Below, piece by piece: positions 51,039 through 64,000 of a stretch of DNA of 64,000 nt. This DNA is from Macrostomum lignano (Eukaryota): assembly GCA_002269645.1 (NCBI GenBank), contig NIVC01000733.1, positions 132,766 through 196,765 of the forward strand. Reading direction: 5' to 3'. Under the pieces are notes generated by a model. The model worked only from the letters and a program-made list of their open reading frames with translations. It was not told the DNA's origin and did no database searches. Made by a program: the position numbers and the translations under genes. Position 1 is the first letter of the stretch; every line of letters starts with the position of its first letter.

Positions 51039-53581
51039 ATCTCGATTAGGTATTCGTCTCAAATTGAGCTGTCACCATGTGTTTATAATCTCTATGGGAT
51101 TGACTCACAACAGGACTGTCTCTATAAATCCATTTATAAGGATTTTATTACGAAACTTCGAAAAGTCGAAAATCTCTTTTTACTGCATGGCTGTGTGATC
51201 TGCATGCCTTTATTTTGCCTAATTAATTAACGTAATTTACGATCAACCATCATCGAAAAAGGCTGGGGAATGTGAAACCTTATACATATAATTTCCTAAC
51301 TTCTAATTTCCAAATTTCCTAAATTATGAATTGGCACTGCCATAAATCAAAGCGATGTGAATATAGTCGAAGCGCAACCTGTAGCGGATAGACAAGAATT
51401 TTAATGCACTTTTTACATATATACATATAATATGCATATTGATGCTCATAATTACACAATTATTACTGTCTAGCAATTACGAGATGTATATACTTGGTTC
51501 TAATTAAACCTAAAAAAGAACCTACAATTATGGCTTATCTCTTTTGATAATACGGCAACATATGGATCTCTGCTCGCTGTAGACGAACGGCCCTGCATGG
51601 TTCGATTCACATTCCACATTCACATTCCTGGGCCACGGTACATTCATTTGGGGCTTGTGCACGTGTACACGAAAAAATTGCCAGCGGGTTGTCTTGTACG
51701 TGGTTCACGCACCTATTGGGCCAACCAGCTCCAAATGCACAGTGCGTACACATGCCTGACGATTAGAAAAACAAAAGGGCCGCTGTGTACACTCTGTGTG
51801 AGCGTGTGTATGATGAGTGCGTGCCTCATGCGTACAGTATAGTATTGTGCTTAGGAGTCAGCGGAATGGGCAATGCGGAATTGCCGTCAGCGCTGGCATG
51901 GTAAGACCTCAAAGGAAACTTAAAGGAATCAAATGAGCTAACATACATGTTAAGCCATACAGGTGCAGAGCTAGGCGTCACCACAGACTTATGAAAAGGA
52001 ATAGCTATAGATGCATTCAATAACATTAAAGACGCTCTAGCTATAACTTTTCCAGAGCGATATTGTTTGCATGTCTTCGAATTAAATTACATATGTAATA
52101 TTAATACCCCTGGCCACTCATATTTCGTCTCTGCAGGATGATAATCAGGCTTGGGAATCTGGCTACAATAGCTCCTTTATTACCGTCTGTACCAAAAGCT
52201 TCGCTGAGCACTCCTGAAAAAAATTACACGACAACAAGGGATGGTTAGATGTCAAAGTAAGCTAGTGTTGGCTGTTGATACAGCTGAATAAAACAATTCA
52301 CTTATGTAGACAAAGAACTGAGATGCTGAGAAATGTACAGTAAGGCCTTTTTATATAATGCTTGTTCTGGTTCTAGATCCAGATCAAATTTGTAAAGCAT
52401 AGCTTTTGTCTCCTAATCTAGAAGGATATATATGTATACGTTGCTGTAAAGTTGTAATTAGTGAATTCACAAAAAGGTTGCGCCACGAAAATAGATAGAA
52501 AATTCTCCATATGAAATGCATGGAAAAAGTTATCGTGGAATTAATTGGACCCCAAAATTGCCTTCGAATATGAATGGCAATAGCCAAAAAGAAATTGAAA
52601 ATTGTGCAAAGTGAGACTGTTAAGACAGTCAAACATTCACCGAAGTTAAATAGTTATACTGTTTTTTTCTTGAAAGATCAGAACCGGATCTGGGAATTGG
52701 TAATGTAAAAAGTGTTATAAGTCTGATTATAAATTTAAACATTGATTATTAGTCGGTTGATAACAATGGATAATAATTTGCCTTTTTCATAAAATATTGA
52801 GACAATAATATTATGCACCAACCAACCATGCAAGGACGGACTGACCGGAAACCTCGTTTCTTGGAAATTTTTAGGAGGCCTTTTAGGCCTGCCTTTTAGA
52901 AGGATTTTCAGATTTTTACGTAGATAAACAGTTTCCTTTTTCAGCACAAAATTGTTATTACGCTCGTATTGGCAAATTGCTTTTGATAAGAGACCGACCC
53001 ACTGTTTATCTTTTCATATGCTTTACTTTTCTTATATAGGCCCCTAGCTCTATTGATATTCATAAAGCTGTTTGTTAAAAAATTGTATTCTATTCTATTT
53101 TAATTTTTCATATTTTTTTCAATTCAGCTTCAATTATATTTAAACTTGCAGCGAGGCAAGCGACTGCTACTGCTAGGCCTAGCCCTAGACGTGAATACAA
53201 CAACAACATTAGGCCTAATAGGCAATCTTCAAGTTTCGTTCGTTAAATTATTTTTTCAATGATTTCTGAACTATCTTGCTCTGAGATGATTATTTTCGAG
53301 CTCTCCAGTGTACCCAGCCCTCTCCTAATGATATTAGGCCTAGCATTTAACTTGCAATAAAGAACTAGATTATAGAATTCATAGAAATGCATAGTAATGC
53401 ATGCCTAGACCCCAGAAGGCTAATTAAGGACAAGGTTGACAGTTGTTTTGTCTGCTGCCAGATTGTCTGCCAGTGCCACTTTTTCATCTGTAAAAATATA
53501 GTACTTCTATCATTGATAGTAATTTTGGCTGCTATATTTTTTAATATGATGTCACCTAGGCTATCACATATCAGTATTAAG

Positions 53582-53979
53582 TAGAGGTCGGACGGGATCC
53601 CGATCCTGATCCCGAAATCTCGGGATGCCGAGGAAAATTGAATTCCCGCGGGACCAGAATCCCGACCCTAAAAAACTCAAGATTCGGGAACAGGTCTTTC
53701 GATTAATAATTTATAGAATTAGTGATTACTTGAAGGTATTTTGCTTTAACTTGTACTCGTTACATTATTTACTTTGTTGGTTACAAAAGTCAAAACTTCA
53801 TATCAATTTCATTGTGTTTTACTTCTTGATCTTGACAATCTTTTCTCAATTTTGTTTAACTTTACATGGACAATACACTAAAAGACCTGATCCCGATTCC
53901 CGAATCCCAATTCCGATCCCGAGAAAAAAATTATTCCCAATCCCGATCCCGCCGAAGATTTCAATCCGTCCGACCTCTA
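53582..53979. mobile_element. hAT-type MITE (398 bp)
   Basis: 14-bp perfect TIR TAGAGGTCGGACGG. 8-bp TSD GTATTAAG at 53574-53581 and 53980-53987 fits the NTNNNNAN hAT pattern. Subterminal ATCCCG repeats. Confidence 0.92.
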
Positions 53980-54326
53980 GTATTAAGTTTGAATAAAATA
54001 GTGAAAGGACAAAAATTCTTTTTTATTATGGTGACAACTAACAACTAATGATAATGTTAGTTATTGTTAGGAAACTAGAAGTGTGAATATAGGCCAACTT
54101 TTTTTTAATTTTAGAAATTAAAAAGGTTTAGTTATAATTTGGTTATTTTTTGCTAAGAAAAAATAAATGTTTGTTTATCTGAAATCCCATGAAATAAGGC
54201 CTATTTATACACATGGCAGCTGTGTCTATTTTATTATAGGCTATAACTATGTCTAGCTACAATAATATAGTTATCTATAAAAACTAGGTAGTTTCTTATT
54301 ATAATATGGAGACTAAGTCTTGCAAA

Positions 54327-54520
54327 CAGTGGCGCAACCAGGAGGGGGGGCGGGGGGGGGGCGGTCGCCCCCCCCTTAGGCGGGGGACCGAAAAAAAATC
54401 AAAGGGGGACCAAGCGAATTTTCGCCAAAAACAGAGCCACCCCTCCGCTGCCCCCCCCCTCCCGGGACTTTACCCTCAGAATCCGCCCCCCCCCTTGAAA
54501 AATTTCTGGTTGCGCTACTG
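54327..54520. mobile_element. hAT-type MITE (194 bp, GC-rich)
   Basis: TIR CAGTGGCGCAACCAG versus CAGTAGCGCAACCAG (one mismatch). 8-bp TSD CTTGCAAA at 54319-54326 and 54521-54528. Confidence 0.92.
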
Positions 54521-55439
54521 CTTGCAAAGAACATTTGCATATAATACTATGTTCTATTAGTGTAAAATTGGAGTTGAAGAAAAATTAGAAAATAAACAAG
54601 AATTTTAAAGTGCAAAACATAATAGAAAACAATGAATATCAATTATAGCAACATGTGATAATAGTCATAGGCCCTATTTGGATATATAAGAACATGTTTA
54701 ATGATAGAAATAACTTAAGTCTTTATACTGAAAAAATATTATGTCAATGCAGTGTATACTTGTAATGACATGTAATAGCATAGTAATGAGTCTTTATCCA
54801 AAAAAAATCTATGCTCTTTCCATTTTCCCTTATAATACTAAGCAGTAGTGTAAATGTATATATAATTTGATAAATGCAACAAAAATAAATATAAAAAGAA
54901 TATACTATAAAAAAGAAAAAAGAAAAAAGAAATAAAAAGAAATACTATTTAAAGTTTCTAAGTAAACAATCACAAATTTCTTTGTTCCAAATTGATTAAA
55001 AGTACAAAATCTAGTCTTATATTTGAAGAACTCACCAATTGGTCAATAACAAAGTCTAAATTAAGATAGTTGGACAAGCCTTGATTGATAAAAAGTTTAA
55101 TTAAGATACTTCTTTCAACAGTGCCATAAAAATTTAAAGCAAAATGCTACTAATGCCTCAGTTGCTCCAGGTTGTTCCCCAAGCTCAATTTCAATCCAAG
55201 ACTCCAAAATGACTATTGCAACAATGAAACCTGATAAAATCAATCCACTTTGTCCTGCAGAGATCTCAGCCTATGCGGATAATTTCTTTAAGCAGTAGTT
55301 CTATGCAAAATGATATGAGAACTGAAATTTGCTTGGAGGACTGGGAAAAGATCACAGAGATTTGTAGTACTATTTTCTTGTAATCCCACAAATGACAAAA
55401 AACACTCTTTTACAATAGTTTTCCTTGAGATTGGTGGGT

Positions 55440-55600
55440 GGTTGGGCATTCATTTTGCGCAGGCACTCATTTTGGCACTGCAGGCACTCATTTTAGCACT
55501 GTAAGCACTCATTTTAGTGCCGCAGTCGCTCTTTTTAGTGCCACAGGCACTCATTTTGGCACCGCAGACACTCATTTTGGCACCATGGGCATATATTTTG
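55440..55600. repeat. Degenerate 21-bp repeat (GGCACTCATTTTGGCACTGCA)
   Basis: About 7 copies. Confidence 0.75.
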
Positions 55601-55766
55601 GTGCTGCAAATGCACAACCTGTACATTTCATATTATGGAAGTATCCATTTTACTAACAGAATATTATTAACAAAAATTTAAGACTCACCTGTATTACTTT
55701 TCCATTTTCAGATCTGTAGCAACTCACAAAGCATTTGGTCATTTCTCATTTGATACGTTTTTATCA

Positions 55767-58132
55767 ATGGGTGGCTGTTGCTGCAAAGACACTGTATCGG
55801 AGTTGGATGAAAGTGACAGACTCCTTGTTAATCCAGTCTCTGACGAAGAGGATTTGCGATTGTAAGCTTTCTTTAAGCTTTAAGCTTTGGTCTCTTGCTT
55901 TCTATTTGTACTATATCCTTAGCTTTGATCCTTTACCTACATTGCAATGAGATCTGTGTTAAAAAAATTATCTGCTAGTTCCTGGGATCCCAATCCCATC
56001 CAGATCATGGGATCACAATCCCATCCAGATCATGGAATCACGATCATCATCCAGATCATGGGATCACAATCCCCATCCAAATCATGCGATCACAATCCCC
56101 ATCCAAATCCTGGGATCACAATCCCCATCCAAATCCTGGGATCACAATCCCCATCCAAATCATGGGATCACAATCCCATCCAGATTATGGGATCACAATC
56201 CCCATCATGGGACCACAATCCCCATCATGGGATCACAATCCATATCCAGATCATGGGATCACAATCCATATCCAGATCATGGGATCACAATCCCCATCAT
56301 GGGATCACAATCCCCATCATGGGATCACAATCCCCATCATGGGATCACAATCCCCATCATGGGATCACAATCCCATCCAGATCATGGGATCACAATCCCC
56401 ATCATGGGACCACAATCCCCATCATGGGATCACAATCCATATCCAGATCATGGGATCACAATCCCCATCATGGGATCACAATCCATATCCAGATCATTGG
56501 ATCACAATCCCCATCATGGGATCACAATCCCCATCATGGGATCACAATCCATATCCAGATCATGGGATCACAATCCCCATCATGGGATCACAATCCATAT
56601 CCAGATCATGGGATCACAATCCATATCCAGATCATGGGATCACAATCCATATCCAGATCATGGGATCACAATCCCCATCCAAATCATGGGATCACATCAC
56701 AATCCCCATCCAGATCATGGGATCACAATCCCATCCAGATCATGGGATCACAATCCCCATCCAGATCATGGGATCACAATCCCCATCCAGATCATGGGAT
56801 CACAATCCCATCCAGATCATGGGATCACAATCACATTTAGATCATGGGATCACAATCCCCATCCAGATCATGGGATCACAATCCCATCCAGATCATGGGA
56901 TCACAATCCCATCCGGATCATGGGATCACAATCCCCATCCAGATCATGGGATTACAATCCCCATCTAGATCATGGGATCACAATCCCATCCAGATCATGG
57001 GATCACAATCACATTCAGATCATGGGATCACAATCCCCATCCAGATCATGGGATCACAATCCCATCCAGATCATGGGATCACAATCACATTTAGATCATG
57101 GGATCACAATCCCCATCCAGATCATGGGATCACAATCCCCATCCCGATCATGGGATCACAATCCCCATCCAGATCATGGGATCACAATCCCATCCAGATC
57201 ATGGGATCACAATCCCATCCAGATCATGGGATCACAATCCCATCCAGATCATGGGATCACAATCCCATCCAGATCATGGGATCACAATCCCATCCGGATC
57301 ATGGGATCACAATCCCCATCCAGATCATGGGATTACAATCCCCATCTAGATCATGGGATCACAATCCCATCCAGATCATGGGATCACAATCACATTCAGA
57401 TCATGGGATCACAATCCCCATCCAGATCATGGGATCACAATCCCCATCCAGATCATGGTATCCCAATCCCCATCCAGATCATGGGATCAACATCCCCATC
57501 TAGATCATGGTATCCCAATCCCCATCCAGATCATGGTATCCCAATCCCCATCCAGATCATGGTATCCCAATCCCCATCCAGATCATGGGATCACAATCCC
57601 CATCCAGATCATGGGATCCCAATCCCCATCCAGATCATGGGATCCCAATCCCCATCTTGCTTTCAGCAACCAGCACACTGGCTACGGCGCTATTAACGGC
57701 CTTGACGGCAATTCAGGAATGGGCGATCCACTTTTACAGCATCAGCGACTTCTGAATCATCAACAGCCGGACCTGCAGGCGGCCGTGTCGCAGATCCTTG
57801 AATCCGTAGCCGGCCAGGTTATCGACGTGGCCTCTGCTGGTCACGCAGGCGCCCCGCAGGCTCTCGAACAGCAGGAATATCTGCAGCGATCCAGGGCGTT
57901 CATCAGAGCCGGCAACGATGGTCTGAGAGGACACCAGCCGCTTAGGCGGGCAGTGCCATCGGTGCCCGCTAATTCTGCTAATTCACTTGTGGCACTGCTG
58001 TCTGGTAGCAGCAGCCACACTTCCGACCTGCAGCTGGTTGCCGGGGCTGCTCAAGCCGTGGCCTACGCGGTAGCCGCTTTGAATGTCAAATCACCAGATG
58101 ACCTTTTAGTACAGTTTGGTATGCCTCAGTAG
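55767..58132 (+). CDS. LAMTOR1: Ragulator complex protein LAMTOR1 (p18), 186 aa. Exons: 55767-55861, 57667-58132
   Basis: MGGCCC (myristoyl/palmitoyl anchor) and ESDRLL dileucine signal in exon 1. Phase-2 GT-AG join. AVSQILESVAGQVIDV, LEQQEYLQRSRAF and SDLQLVAGAA...VKSPDDLLVQFGMP parallel the human LAMTOR1 segments ILAKTASNIIDV, MEQHEYMDRARQY and SDLQQV...EELVVQFGIP as I recall them. Confidence 0.92.
55980..57655. repeat. ~20-27-bp minisatellite (CATCCAGATCATGGGATCACAATCCC)
   Basis: 1.7-kb array filling the LAMTOR1 intron. Confidence 0.97.
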
Positions 58133-58189
58133 GTTAAGGTATTTTACCCTAGGATAAGATCGTTTTTGGGTTTTAGATCCTCATTAATC

Positions 58190-58700
58190 TACGGCTATAG
58201 ATACCTAGTGTCTTTATGATCATTTTGGGGATTTAATTCCTCATTATTCTATGGCTAGAGATCCCCAGTGTCTTTATGATCATTTTGGGGATTTAAATCC
58301 TCATTATTCTATGGCTAGAGATCTCCAGTTTTTATGATCATTTTGGGGATTTAAATCCTCATTATTCTATGGCTAAAGATCCCCAGTGTCTTTATGATCA
58401 TTTTGGGGGTTTAAATCCTCATTATTCTATGGCTAGAGATCCCCAGTGTCTTTATGATCATTTTGGGGATTTAAATCCTCATTATTCTATGGCTAGAGAT
58501 CTCCAGTGTCTTTATGATCATTTTGGGGATTTAAATCCTCATTATTCTATGGCTAGAGATCTCCAGTGTCTTTATGATCATTTTGGGGATTTAAATCCTC
58601 ATTATTGTACTGCTAGAGATCCCACGTGTTCTTATGATCAATTTGGGGATTTAAATCCTCATTATTCTATGGCTATAGATCCCACGTGTCCAAGTGTCAA
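58190..58700. repeat. 60-bp minisatellite (TTTATGATCATTTTGGGGATTTAAATCCTCATTATTCTATGGCTAGAGATCCCCAGTGTC)
   Basis: About 8 tandem copies. Confidence 0.95.
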
Positions 58701-59053
58701 TTGAGTGTATTTGTAATCAAAATATAATGAACAATAATTTTGTCTTCCAATTGTTTTCTATTTTAGAAACAGAGTTTGTTGACTTTATCAGTCACAACCA
58801 TGTTGTTTAGAATTAACTCTCTATGTGCCTTTGGTAGAAATCAAAAAACTTACTGGGCGCTTATTTAATCATTTCCTTCGCGTGTTTTTTGTGCTTACAG
58901 AGAACATCGAACGATGTCTAAAAATATTTAGTGACTCAATTGTTGTCCGTTCGTTTCACTGTTTAAATACTTAAGTTTTACCTGGAAAATGTTGTTTCAA
59001 CTTGACCTAATTGCCTTTATTTTTTATCTAAATTGTTCACGAAAAAGAACGGC

Positions 59054-59640
59054 ACACCCACCCTGAGAATCCGTCATAAACCCACCCTGAGAATCCGTCA
59101 TAAACCCACCCTGAGAATCGGTCATAAACCCACCCTGAGAATCGGTCATAAACACACCCTGAGAATCGGTCATAAACCCACCCTGAGAATCGGTCATAAA
59201 CCCAACCTGAGAATCGGTCAAAAACCCACCCTGAGAATCGGTCATAAACCCACCCTGAGAATCGGTCATAAACCCACCCTGAAAATCGGTCATAAACCCA
59301 CCCTGAGAATCGGTCATTCACCCAACCTGAAAATCGGTCATAAACCACCCTGAGAATCGGTCATAAACCACCCTGAGAATCGGTCTTATACGCACCCTGA
59401 GAATCGGTCATAAACCCAACCTGAGAATGGGTCATAAACCCACCCTGGGAATCGGTCAAACCCACCCTGAGAATGGGTCATAAACCCACCCTGGGAATCG
59501 GTCAAACCCACCCTGAGAATGGGTCATAAACCCACCCTGGGAATCGGTCATAAACCCAACCTGAGAATGGGTCATAAACCCACCCTTGGAATCGGTCATT
59601 CACCCACCCTGAGAATCGGTCATAAACCCACCCTGAGAGT
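59054..59640. repeat. 24-bp minisatellite (AAACCCACCCTGAGAATCGGTCAT)
   Basis: About 24 tandem copies. Confidence 0.96.
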
Positions 59641-60342
59641 CGGTCATTAAGTCCATGGAGAAAAATTTATTGTTCACATTTAATTTTTCTAATTCCTTTT
59701 TACCTACGTGAGCCAGGAACTCAGAATTACGAAACTTCACGCAGTGTTTTGAAGTACAAGAATACAAAAGCACATTTTCTTTATTAATTTGTTTCACCGC
59801 CTGCTCATATTGCACTGACTGCATTTCAGTATTTATTAAATTTTCGATCAATGACTAATTTTATGCAGCTTAATTACAGTTTTTTATGTATCCTTTATTT
59901 CTGGTTGCTTTAACAGTAAGATACTTTGTTAAGTAGTGCTGATTGCTTCTGAGTTCTGAAATTCCCAAAATTATCAATGAAATCAGTTGTTATTCTGGAA
60001 TCTCTTCATCAATAATTGTTCTTCATCAGCTCATTAAATTTTGTGTATTTTTTGTAAAATGCTTTTGTTTAAATCAGCGCCCACCAAGTTAAAAAATTAT
60101 TTGTTTTTTTTCTTTAGCGTCGCTCTCGTTACGATTGTGAATTTGTGGTATTGCATAATTGATTGCTTTATTGTTAGGGGGATTTGCGCTTTTTCTGTAA
60201 GTAAACTACATTGCACGGCTAGCTCAGACTGTTTTTGACGACCAACGTTGTTTTCTATGAATAATGACAATTTATGCTCGGATTGCTTTTGGCATCTCGT
60301 TGGTTGCTAAATTTGATTTCACAGACAAATACGAATTTTTTT

Positions 60343-60463
60343 AGACTTAAGGACAGGGATTGTCATAGGGCATAGACTTCAGGACAGGGATTGTCATATA
60401 GACTTCAGGACGGGAATTGCCATAGACTTCAGGACAGGGATTGCCATAGACTTCTAGGAATCC
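60343..60463. repeat. Short 24-bp array (GACTTCAGGACAGGGATTGCCATA), same family as 61805-63735
   Basis: About 4-5 copies ending in CTTCTAGGAATCC. Confidence 0.9.
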
Positions 60464-60479
60464 CAGAATCAATTTAGCA

Positions 60480-60980
60480 AACTGACAGACGAATACAGAC
60501 TATTACAGCCAACTCTGACCGACAAATACAGACTATTACAGCTAACTCTGACAGACAAATACAGACTATTACAGCTAACTCTGACAGACAAATACAGACT
60601 ATTACAGCTAACTCTGACAGACAAATACAGACTATTACAGCCAACTCTGACGACAAATACAGACTATTACAGCTAACTCTTACAGACAAATACAGACTAT
60701 TACAGCCAACTCTGACCGACAAATACAGACTATTACAGCTAACTCTGACAGACAAATACAGACTATTACAGCTAACTCTGACAGACAAATACAGACTATT
60801 ACAGCTAACTCTGACAGACAAATACAGACTATTACAGCCAACTCTGACCGACAAATACAGACTATTACAGCCAACTCTGACAGACAAATACAGACTATTA
60901 CAGCTAACTCTGACAGACAAATACAGACTATTACAGCTAACTCTGACAGACAAATACAGACTATTACAGCCAACTCTGAC
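60480..60980. repeat. 33-bp minisatellite (TGACAGACAAATACAGACTATTACAGCTAACTC)
   Basis: About 15 tandem copies. Confidence 0.96.
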
Positions 60981-61328
60981 TTCAGAATCGAATTGAAAGT
61001 TTGATTTGCAATTGCTTAATGTTTACTAATTTTAGTATGCACAATATACGAAGTTTACAGACAAACAAACAGTAACAAGAAGTGACATTAAAGTACATCC
61101 ATGCAATTTGAGCGACATAGCAAAGCCAATTTACTTGAAGCGATGTACTTACTAATCAGTACTAATAGTGCACACGAAAAGCAATTTAAATTTGGCGCTT
61201 AAAGTATATATTAGTAGAGCAATTTAATAGCATGCAACAGTTATAATGAGTAAATTTGTTTAAATCTTGCGTCCAGTCGCTTTCTAAGAAAGTCGAGTAC
61301 AGAAAGTACTTTATATAGAGTACTTTAA

Positions 61329-61705
61329 TTAGACGAAACTGGCACCCGCTGTCGGGTCAAACGTCGGTCTCGATTGCTGCTGCTGCTGCTGTCTCCGACT
61401 CTGCTGCCGTCGACTCCTCGACGGTGTCATCAGGCTGCCGCCGACCCCGGCGGTGGAGGAGGAAGGACAGCCGCCTTCGATTCCGGTCGATGATTCGACA
61501 ATTCCACCGTCGGCCTCGCCTCGACGCAGAGTTGCCGTCGCTGCGGCGGTGGCGCCGGCGTTTGCCTGGTGGGCGATCTGGTAATAGGTGTGCTGATGAG
61601 GCTGATGAGGCTGGAGGGTCTCCGAGCGGCTCTGCAGTCGCAGCACTTGATAGTCGTAATTACTGTGACCCGGTTTGGTCATCATCGTTGCCGACTGCGG
61701 CTTGC
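61329..61705 (-). CDS. Probable terminal coding exon of an unidentified gene (low-complexity tail ...NYDYQVLRL...HTYYQIA...PTFDPTAGASFV*)
   Basis: GC-rich, coding-like island with a minus-strand acceptor (TTCCTTCATCGGTCAG, 61706-61721) and a TAA stop at 61329. Upstream exons would lie beyond the 24-bp satellite or the window edge. Confidence 0.5.
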
Positions 61706-61804
61706 CTGACCGATGAAGGAATTTGTGTTTAAGCTTTTGCTGCTGGCTACTGATAGTAATGCTCTTTGAATATATTGCCCAAACACGTCTCATAGAGTTA
61801 GAGA

Positions 61805-63735
61805 AATTCAGGACAGGACTTTTGAAGTTTCAGGACAGGGATTGCCATAGACTTAAGGACAGGGATTGTCATAGACTTAATGACAGGGTCATAGACTTCA
61901 GAACAGGGATTGCCATAGACTTAAGGACAGGGATTGTCATAGACTTAATGACAGGGTCATAGACTTCAGAACAGGGATTGTCATAGACTTCAGGACAGGG
62001 ATTGCCATAGACTTCAGGACAGGGATTGCCATAGACTTCAGGACAGGATTGTTATATAGACTTCAGGACAGGGATTGCCATAGACTTCAGGACAGGGATT
62101 GCCATAGACTTCAGGACAGGGATTGCCATAGACTTCAGGACAGGGATTGTTATATAGACTTCAGGACAGGGATTGTCATAGACTTCAGGACAGGGATTGC
62201 CATAGACTTCAGGACAGGGATTGCCATAGACTTCAGGACAGGGATTGCCATAGACTTAAGGACAGGGATTGTCATAGACTTCAGGACAGGGATTGTCATA
62301 GACTTCAGGACAGGGATTGCCATAGACTTCAGGACAGGGATTGCCATAGACTTAAGGACAGGGATTGTCATAGACTTCAGGACAGGGATTGTCATCGACT
62401 TCAGGACAGGGATTGTCATAGACTTCAGGACAGGGATTGCCATAGACTTCAGGACAGGGATTGCCATAGACTTCAGGACAGGAATGCCATAGACTTCAGG
62501 ACAGGGATTGTCATAGACTTCAGGACAGGGATTGTCATAGACTTCAGGACAGGGATTGCCATAGACTTCAGGACAGGAATTTCCATAGACTTCAGGACAG
62601 GGATTGTCATAGACTTCAGGACAGGGATTGTCATAGACTTCAGGACAGGGATTGTCATAGACTTCAGGACAGGAATTGCCATAGACTTCAGGACAGGGAT
62701 TGCCATAGACTTCAGGACAGGAATTCCATAGACTTCAGGACAGGGATTGTCATAGACTTCAGGACAGGGATTGTCATAGACTTCAGGACAGGGATTGCCA
62801 TAGACTTCAGGACAGGAATTTCCATAGACTTCAGGACAGGGATTGCCATAGACTTCAGGACAGGGATTGTCATAGACTTCAGGACAGGGATTGTCATAGA
62901 CTTCAGGACAGGGATTGCCATAGACTTCAGGACAGGAATTTCCATAGACTTCAGGACAGGGATTGTTATATAGACTTCAGGACAGGGATTGCCATAGACT
63001 TCAGGACAGGGATTGTCATAGACTTCAGGACAGGGATTGCCATAGACTTCAGGACAGGGATTGCCATAGACTTCAGGACAGGGATTGTTATATAGACTTC
63101 AGGACAGGGATTGCCATAGACTTCAGGACAGGGATTGCCATAGACTTCAGGACAGGGATTGCCATAGACTTCAGGACAGGGATTGTTATATAGACTTCAG
63201 GACAGGGATTGTCATAGACTTCAGGACAGGGATTGCCATAGACTTCAGGACAGGGATTGCCATAGACTTCAGGACAGGGATTGCCATAGACTTCAGGACA
63301 GGGATTGCCATAGACTTCAGGACAGGGATTGTCATACGTCGTAGACTTCAGGACAGGGATTGTCATAGACTTCAGGACAGGGATTGCCATAGACTTCAGG
63401 ACAGGGATTGCCATAGACTTAAGGACAGGGATTGTCATACGTCGTAGACTTCAGGACAGGGATTGCCATAGACTTCAGGACAGGGATTGCCATAGACTTC
63501 AGGACAGGGATTGCCATAGACTTAAGGACAGGGATTGCCATAGACTTCAGGACAGGGATTGTCATACGTCGTAGACTTCAGGACAGGGATTGCCATAGAC
63601 TTCAGGACAGGATTGCCATAGACTTCAGGACAGGGATTGTCATACGTCGTAGACTTCAGGACAGGGATTGCCATAGACTTCTGGACAGGGACTGTTATAT
63701 AGACTTCAGGACAGGGATTTTCATAGACTTCTAGG
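61805..63735. repeat. 1.9-kb 24-bp minisatellite (GACTTCAGGACAGGGATTGCCATA)
   Basis: About 80 copies with GTC/GCC and TATA variants, ending in CTTCTAGGAACCC. Confidence 0.98.
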
Positions 63736-64000
63736 AACCCTCGAACCAAATGACTGACTGACTGACTGACAATTGTACTTTTGATAAATGAAAATCTAAA
63801 ATAAGTTGTTTTGAGCACATGGCTCTGACGGAAAAATCAGAAGCTGCAGATCATTTTTAATTAAATATAACTTTAATCAGTCAAATTAATTAGCAATTTT
63901 CGTACCTTTGTTAGCAAACGGATGAAGTGGCGTCCCGTCAATGGAGTGAGCCAGAGTTGGGATCAAGTTATAGTGCTGGAATGTTAAATTGACTATTTGT

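Noticed and set aside
51855-52260. Exon-like segments with good splice signals (donor 51901, acceptor 52136, donor ~52257)
   Set aside because: No frame stays open through the segment and no homology was recognised; at most these are non-coding exons.
55947-57696. Long ORFs (up to 554 aa) in the LAMTOR1 intron, and similar ORFs in other arrays (37543-38462, 42094-42855, 62049-63734 and others)
   Set aside because: They are translations of tandem repeats lacking stop codons, open in several frames, and mostly lie in introns defined by good splice sites.
59600-59851. 83-aa minus-strand ORF
   Set aside because: It is AT-rich, runs into a minisatellite, and has no recognisable motif or consistent splice context.

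Overview
This is eukaryotic (metazoan) genomic DNA with GT-AG spliced genes whose introns are packed with micro- and minisatellites. The style suggests a repeat-rich free-living flatworm such as Macrostomum, but that is inference only. Host genes reconstructed by hand: an EFCAB6-related EF-hand repeat gene (-, runs off the left edge); an HTH-psq/CENP-B_N gene with a possible C-terminal BEN-like domain (-); a long-chain acyl-CoA synthetase (ACSL, +) with two alternative first coding exons; CCDC62 (+); a 7TM receptor split by a single +1 frameshift at a UUU_CGC site (+); LAMTOR1 (+); and the last exon of an unidentified gene (-). Mobile DNA: a complete 3,486-bp P-element (32-bp perfect TIRs, 8-bp TSD, intact 943-aa THAP transposase) in ACSL intron 1; two foldback elements with tandem-repeat arms and 8-bp TSDs; three hAT-type MITEs; and a Tc1/IS630-like internal-deletion derivative. 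No tRNA, rRNA or CRISPR array could be supported.
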